Shown here piece after piece: positions 62,281-64,000 of a stretch of DNA of 64,000 nt. The notes below the pieces were generated by a model, which made no database searches, was not told the DNA's origin, and saw only the letters and a program-made list of their open reading frames with translations. Within the stretch, counting starts at the first letter, position 1. Each line of letters begins with the position of its first letter. The stretch comes from Endomicrobiales bacterium (GTDB taxonomy: Bacteria > Elusimicrobiota > Endomicrobiia > Endomicrobiales > CAWCFT01), in assembly GCA_963794945.1 (NCBI GenBank), contig CAWCFT010000013.1:10606-74605 (forward strand), given 5' to 3'. A program made the position numbers and the translations under genes.

Positions 62281-64000
62281 ATGCCTGAAGGCGCGCAAAT
62301 CGGCCTCGCTTTTTTCTTATGCCTTTTCGTGATATCGCTATTGTGGAATTCCGGGTTTTCCGTGATGGGCGTGTCAAAGAGCGAGGTGGCTAAACTCGTC
62401 TTTACATCGTTCTGGCCATGGGTGCTGTTCGCGCAGTTAAAGATACTCATTGTGTACCTTAGTGTAGGCTATATATTAGGCATCTCTGCGGAGCTTATTG
62501 CCGAATATATTTTCCCAAATCTTCCCGGCGCGCGGTTCATTTGGATATTCGTCACTAACGCGTGGATGCTGTCATGGAACATAAAAAAATATCCGCAGCT
62601 CTACGCTGAAACGTTTTATGACCGCGGCGGGGTGTTAAGGTTTGCCCAGGTTTTAATCACCGACAAGATACCCTATTTCATTTTTAAGGGCTCGGGTGTA
62701 GTGCTGTTGTCGGTCGCAATGCTTGCCGCCGGGATCTATCTCGCGAAAAAGATGAGAGAAAAGGTGTATCTTGTTTCGTTCGCCGTTATAGCGCTCGTCG
62801 GCGTGACGTTTTATGCTTACCTGCCATGGTTTCTGCCCGCTAAGAACCATGGGCCTAACATAATGGTGATAGCCGCCGACTCGTTAAGGAACGACAGGCT
62901 CGGGACGAATAACTATTTCAGGAAGCTTACACCTAACATTGACAAGGTCGCGGCGAGGGGTACGGTGTTCAATAATACCTACACTGTTTTCCCGAGGACT
63001 TTTCCTTCAGTGATATCGATGCTTACGGGCCAGTTGCCGGTAACGCACGGCGTAAGGCACATGTTCCCTAATAAATATTTGAGGGACCACAGGGCGGCGA
63101 GCATTGCCGAGGCTTTAAGGCAGAACGGCTACGCGACCGCGGTGATAGCGGATTTTGCGGGCGACGTGTTCGCCAGCATGAATATAGGGTTCGATGAGAT
63201 CAAATCACCCTATTTTAATTTTATCATTCTCATTAATCAGCGGTGCCTAGAGACGCATTTCCTGCTCTTGCCGTACGTTTCAAACCCGGCGGGTAGAACA
63301 ATATTTCCCGGAGCTAAAGGAGTTCGCGAAAAATGCCAACCCTTTCATGCTTGCGGATGAAACAATCGATACGCTGGCCGGCCTTACAAGAAAAGATAGG
63401 TTCTTCTGCTTCGTGTTCTTCTCGAACACTACATTTGCCTTACGCGGCGCCATATCCGTACTACCAGAAATACACTTGCCACATACAGCGGTATACAAAT
63501 ACCATTCAGGCCTCTTGGGATATATACCGATGAAAGGTTCACCGTGGAGATTGACCAGGTGCGCGCTCTCTATGACGGTTCAGTCGAGGCATTCGACAGT
63601 GCCGCAGGCAGAATACTTGACTACCTTAAAAAGCGGGGCTGCCTGGATAATACCATCGTCATAATCACCGCTGATCACGGAGAAAGTCTCTACGAAAACA
63701 ATTGGCACATCGGCCACGGGGAACGTCTGCGCGGCGAACAAACCCTCAATGTTCCGCTAATGATCAGCTTCCCGGGGAAAAATACGTTAAAGAGGTTACA
63801 TGCCTGACGAGGGACATAGATCTAGCGCCTCCTTTGAGCGAATACCTGCGTTGAAGTATACCCAGGGATACGGACGGGCGAAGCTCATGCCATTCCTCGA
63901 AGATAAAAAAAGCAGCCTTGGGCTTATTTGCCTTCGCCGAGACTGGCATATGGTTCAGCCTCTATCTCAGGAGGTTTCTTTCAGAAAGAAAGGATAATGT
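62281..64000 (+). CDS. Membrane-anchored sulfatase / alkaline phosphatase superfamily protein, multiply frameshifted and running off the window
   Basis: TM region, then PNIMVIAADSLR.D, TPNID, TFPS..SMLTG, and in a later frame YDG.V..D, TIVIITADHGE. Confidence 0.75.

Overview
Bacterial genomic window, almost all + strand, with many apparent 1-nt frameshifts in housekeeping genes, most likely uncorrected long-read or assembly errors. Gene content (LPS core genes, anaerobic redox genes, PorV-like protein, T9SS-CTD-like domain) suggests an anaerobic diderm, possibly Elusimicrobiota; this is inference only. Layout: (1) 1-10.2 kb, a tandem array of at least 8 radical SAM genes (3 cobalamin-binding, 4 short paralogs in two subfamilies, 1 SPASM/twitch type) plus TPR proteins; (2) 10.5-14.2 kb, Spy/CpxP-like protein, PorV-like beta-barrel and an M6 metalloprotease with a T9SS-type C-terminal domain; (3) 14.4-23.6 kb, Fe-S/oxidative-stress gene cluster (iscU, tusA-like, fprA, superoxide reductase, ptsI, glutaredoxin, trxB, rubrerythrin, 2-oxoacid:ferredoxin oxidoreductase, DsrE-like); (4) degenerate cheB, YvlD-like membrane protein, PBP1A (- strand); (5) GMPP/PMM fusion, phosphohexomutase, GAF histidine kinase, Crp, hisS, GAF-PAS protein, CHASE2 adenylate cyclase; (6) an unknown membrane protein plus vWA lipoprotein pair; (7) yebC-ruvCAB, queH/queA/tgt, yajC-secDF, waaA, three GT9 genes and a sulfatase-like gene. 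Intergenic gaps from 42 to 61 kb carry heptamer-periodic inverted repeats, and queH carries an in-frame palindromic insertion. I recognised no tRNA, rRNA, CRISPR array or intact transposase.
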